A DNA stretch of 64,000 bases from Podarcis gaigeae (lineage: Eukaryota): assembly GCA_964106915.2 (NCBI GenBank), contig OZ066929.1. The stretch is one strand, 5' to 3'. Both the position numbers and the translations under genes were made by a program. Below, piece by piece: positions 61,490-64,000 of this stretch; the stretch's first letter is position 1; every line of letters begins with the position of its first letter. The notes under the pieces are model-generated. The model ran no database searches. It saw nothing but the letters and a program-made list of their open reading frames with translations, and was not told the origin of the DNA.

Positions 61490-61760
61490 GCTTAAGTAGG
61501 ATCTGAAAATGCATAGGAAGCCAATGTAGGTCTTTTAGGATCAGTGTTACATTTCAGGACTCCAGCTAATAGCCAGGCTGCTATGTTCTGAACCGATGGT
61601 TTTTTTCTGATCAGTCTTCAAGGCCAGCCCCACACACCACACACCAAAGTAGTCCAACCTAGAGTGCAGATAACTGTAGCAAAGCTCTCTCAGTCTAAGG
61701 AGACAATTAGCAGCCGGTATGCATGACCTGTCAAACCTGGTGAGAGGCATCTCATCTGTC
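61490..61760 (-). mobile_element. Old L2 fragment
   Basis: SRLDYFGVWCVGLALKT motif. Confidence 0.6.
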
Positions 61761-62708
61761 CCTTAAGGGGAGTGCAACCCTGTCCAGTGTATTTGACAGC
61801 TGTCAGACATCCTTTGAGGTTTCGCATTTGATGCCTGCCAAAAACAATCGGGAGATGCCGACCGGCTCAAAGAGCCCAGATATCAAAATTGGAGGTTAAA
61901 TGTCACCTTTCGTTTTGGCATTTGGCATTTGGTGTTCAATATCTGAGTGGCAAAATGTGAAATTGCATCAAATGAATGTTTGTGAATACACACCCTAGCT
62001 TTAGATGCAAACTTAGATGCACAGAGTGCGAGCTAAACAGTCCCACCCTCCCCTCTCTGGGGGTGAAGAGTATAGGAGGGCTGGTGCCATGGCCCTTGTG
62101 AGGCGATCTTGCCCAAGAGTGCAATGAAACAAAACATCAAGCAGCTTGTATGAATGGAGAACCATTTGCTCCACCTGTGTCCATATCCAAACCCCAAGCC
62201 AGGGAACAGCTTGAAACAGCACTTCAGCTGCCACTTAACTCTCTCCATCGCCCTTCCCAAGCACACCACTGCTGCTGCACCCAAAAAATCTGCCTGTGTT
62301 TTGGCCCTGATCATTGAACTTGCCATGATAACTGCTTCTACTGCCCTGACAATGGCCTGTAAGTGCTCTGACAGTCTGACAGGCAGAACTGGGGTAGAGT
62401 TTCACCCAGGTCTTGAACAGCACCACCACACCGCAAGGGCAAAATAGCAGATTCCCCCTCCCCGTGTTCAGACAGTTGTGACAAAGATTCATTCCAGCTT
62501 CCTCTTCATCCATACACCAGGACCTCCCAGGGGGATTCCCCTGTTGGCTTCTGCCATCCCTAGAATCTGACAGCATCTCATAATCACTGAGTTGTCTTTT
62601 TGCACATATTGTTAACTGAAGATACATCTGTAATTCTTCAGTTTCCTTCTAATGCAAACTGGAAACGCTACAGGGAAATTGTTGTTAGGGACCTATTAAA
62701 ATCCATGG

Positions 62709-63616
62709 CATACGTCCCCAACATTTCTCCCATGAAAATAGAGACATACTATTTCATAATAATAATAAAAATGGTATTATTTATTCCCTGCCAATGTGAA
62801 TGAGTGGCTCCAGCCACTCTGGCCAGCTTCCAACATATATAAAAAACATTAAATAAGATTAAACATAAAAAAATATCCCTGTACAGGGCTGCCTTCAGAT
62901 GTCTTCTAAAGCTGTACAGTTACTTATCTCCTTGGTTTGGGGGTCACATAACTCCATACCTTCCAACATTGATGAAAATAGGGACATCCTATTTAATAAT
63001 AATAATAATAACAATAATATTCATACCCTGCCCACCTGACTGGGTTGCCCCACGCAATCTAAGTGCCTTTCAACATATATTAAACATAATAAAACATTTT
63101 TTAAAATCCCTATACAGGACTGCCTTCAGGAATGTCTTCTAAAGGTTGTAGTTACTTACCTCATTGGCTCAGGGGTAACATAACTGCATACCCGCCAACA
63201 TTTCTTCAATGAAAACAGGGATGTCCTACAATGCCCTCCAACATTTCTACAATGTAAATAGGGACGTTTTAAGGGAAAGCAGAAGGACAGATCATGAAGC
63301 TGAGGCTCCAGTACTTTGGCCACCTCATGAGAAGAGAAGACTCCCTGGAAAAGACCCTGATGTTGGGAAAGATGGAGGGCACAAGGAGAAGGGGACGACA
63401 GAGGATGAGATGGTTGGAAGCTACCAGCATGAGTTTGACCAAACTGCGGGAGGCAGTGCAAGACAGGAGTGACTGGTATGCTCTGGTCCATGGGGTCACG
63501 AAGAGTCGGACAAGACTAAACAACAACAAGGAAAAGCAGATTATTCCAGGATCAAATCAGAAACCCGGATGGCTTCTAAAAATCTGTGACTGTCACTGGA
63601 AAATAGGGACACTGGT
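62709..63616. mobile_element. Composite hAT-like MITE: tandem [TIR head + captured L2 3' end] units, with nested BovB
   Basis: Heads CATACC..CCAACATT..TGAAAATAGGGAC at 62709, 62955, 63187 and ~63230; right half matches 45105-45205. Confidence 0.8.
63284..63527 (+). mobile_element. RTE-BovB 3' end
   Basis: KLRLQYFGHLMRREDSLEKTLMLGKMEGTRRRGRQRMRWL; (CAA)n tail; 13-bp TSD AAGG(G/A)AAAGCAGA (63271-63283, 63528-63540). Confidence 0.95.
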
Positions 63617-64000
63617 GTGAGTGTGTGTCTGATGTTCTTATGCCCTGAGAAAGAGGCAGAAAAATAGATACCTCTTTCTCAGGGAAAGAAAACGTTTGAG
63701 AAATTGGAGGAGCATAATTAGTGATGGAGCATGAAGGGAGCAAGGAGCAGTTTTTGGGTTTCTCAAGGGAGGGTGTCAACAGCAACAGGATGAGGAAGGC
63801 AGCACTCATCCTTTTCAGAATATTTTGCTCTCTGGGATGGCTTCTGGGGAGGTGGGAGGTGGGTATCTCTTGAGGGCCCTGCGTCTCCATCCTCCACATC
63901 CCTTCATCTGTGGAGATGCTTATGGGTCGCCCGAAATGGTGCCCTTGCCATATGTTTCTTCCTCTCCTGCTTCCTAGCGAGCCTGCGAAATTAAGAATCA

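Noticed and set aside
62709-63270. CRISPR-like repeat-spacer array
   Set aside because: The intervening sequences are homologous L2 tails of ~200 bp, there are no cas genes, and the context is vertebrate.
1-64000. ORF-track entries as host protein-coding genes
   Set aside because: All are under 200 aa and overlap on both strands. Recognisable ones are TE fragments or microsatellite translations (poly-I, poly-Y, poly-N). No spliced exon chain or known host domain was seen, though small exons could be missed by eye.

Overview
This is not prokaryotic DNA. It is a repeat-rich, apparently non-coding stretch (large intron or gene desert) of a squamate genome, most likely a lacertid lizard (Podarcis/Lacerta/Zootoca-like), judged from its SINE and LINE complement. 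I found no credible host protein-coding exon, rRNA, intact tRNA gene or CRISPR array. Every recognisable peptide in the ORF track comes from a decayed retroelement (RTE-BovB, L2, CR1, L1-like, Penelope). The window holds five Sauria SINEs, Squam3-like and tRNA-Lys-derived SINEs, many Tc1/mariner (pogo/Tigger-, Tc2-like) and hAT MITEs, several Gypsy-like solo LTRs and multi-layer nested insertions, many with readable target-site duplications (TSDs). Several TE-poor islands look like conserved enhancers. The most unusual signals are: (1) three solo LTRs carry a decayed reading frame, starting at the LTR 5' end, for an acidic / Pro-rich / basic peptide, and one restores to an HMGN-like RRSAR motif; (2) a 499-bp TG..CA element with a 5-bp TSD and ~85-bp terminal inverted repeats, i.e. 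mixed LTR and DNA-transposon features; (3) a composite MITE that captured and tandemly amplified an L2 3' end; (4) LINE copies truncated at near-identical points; (5) MITEs carrying ZNF143/THAP11 and NRF1/ETS motifs. All family names come from manual recognition, not database searches, and boundaries of old elements are approximate.
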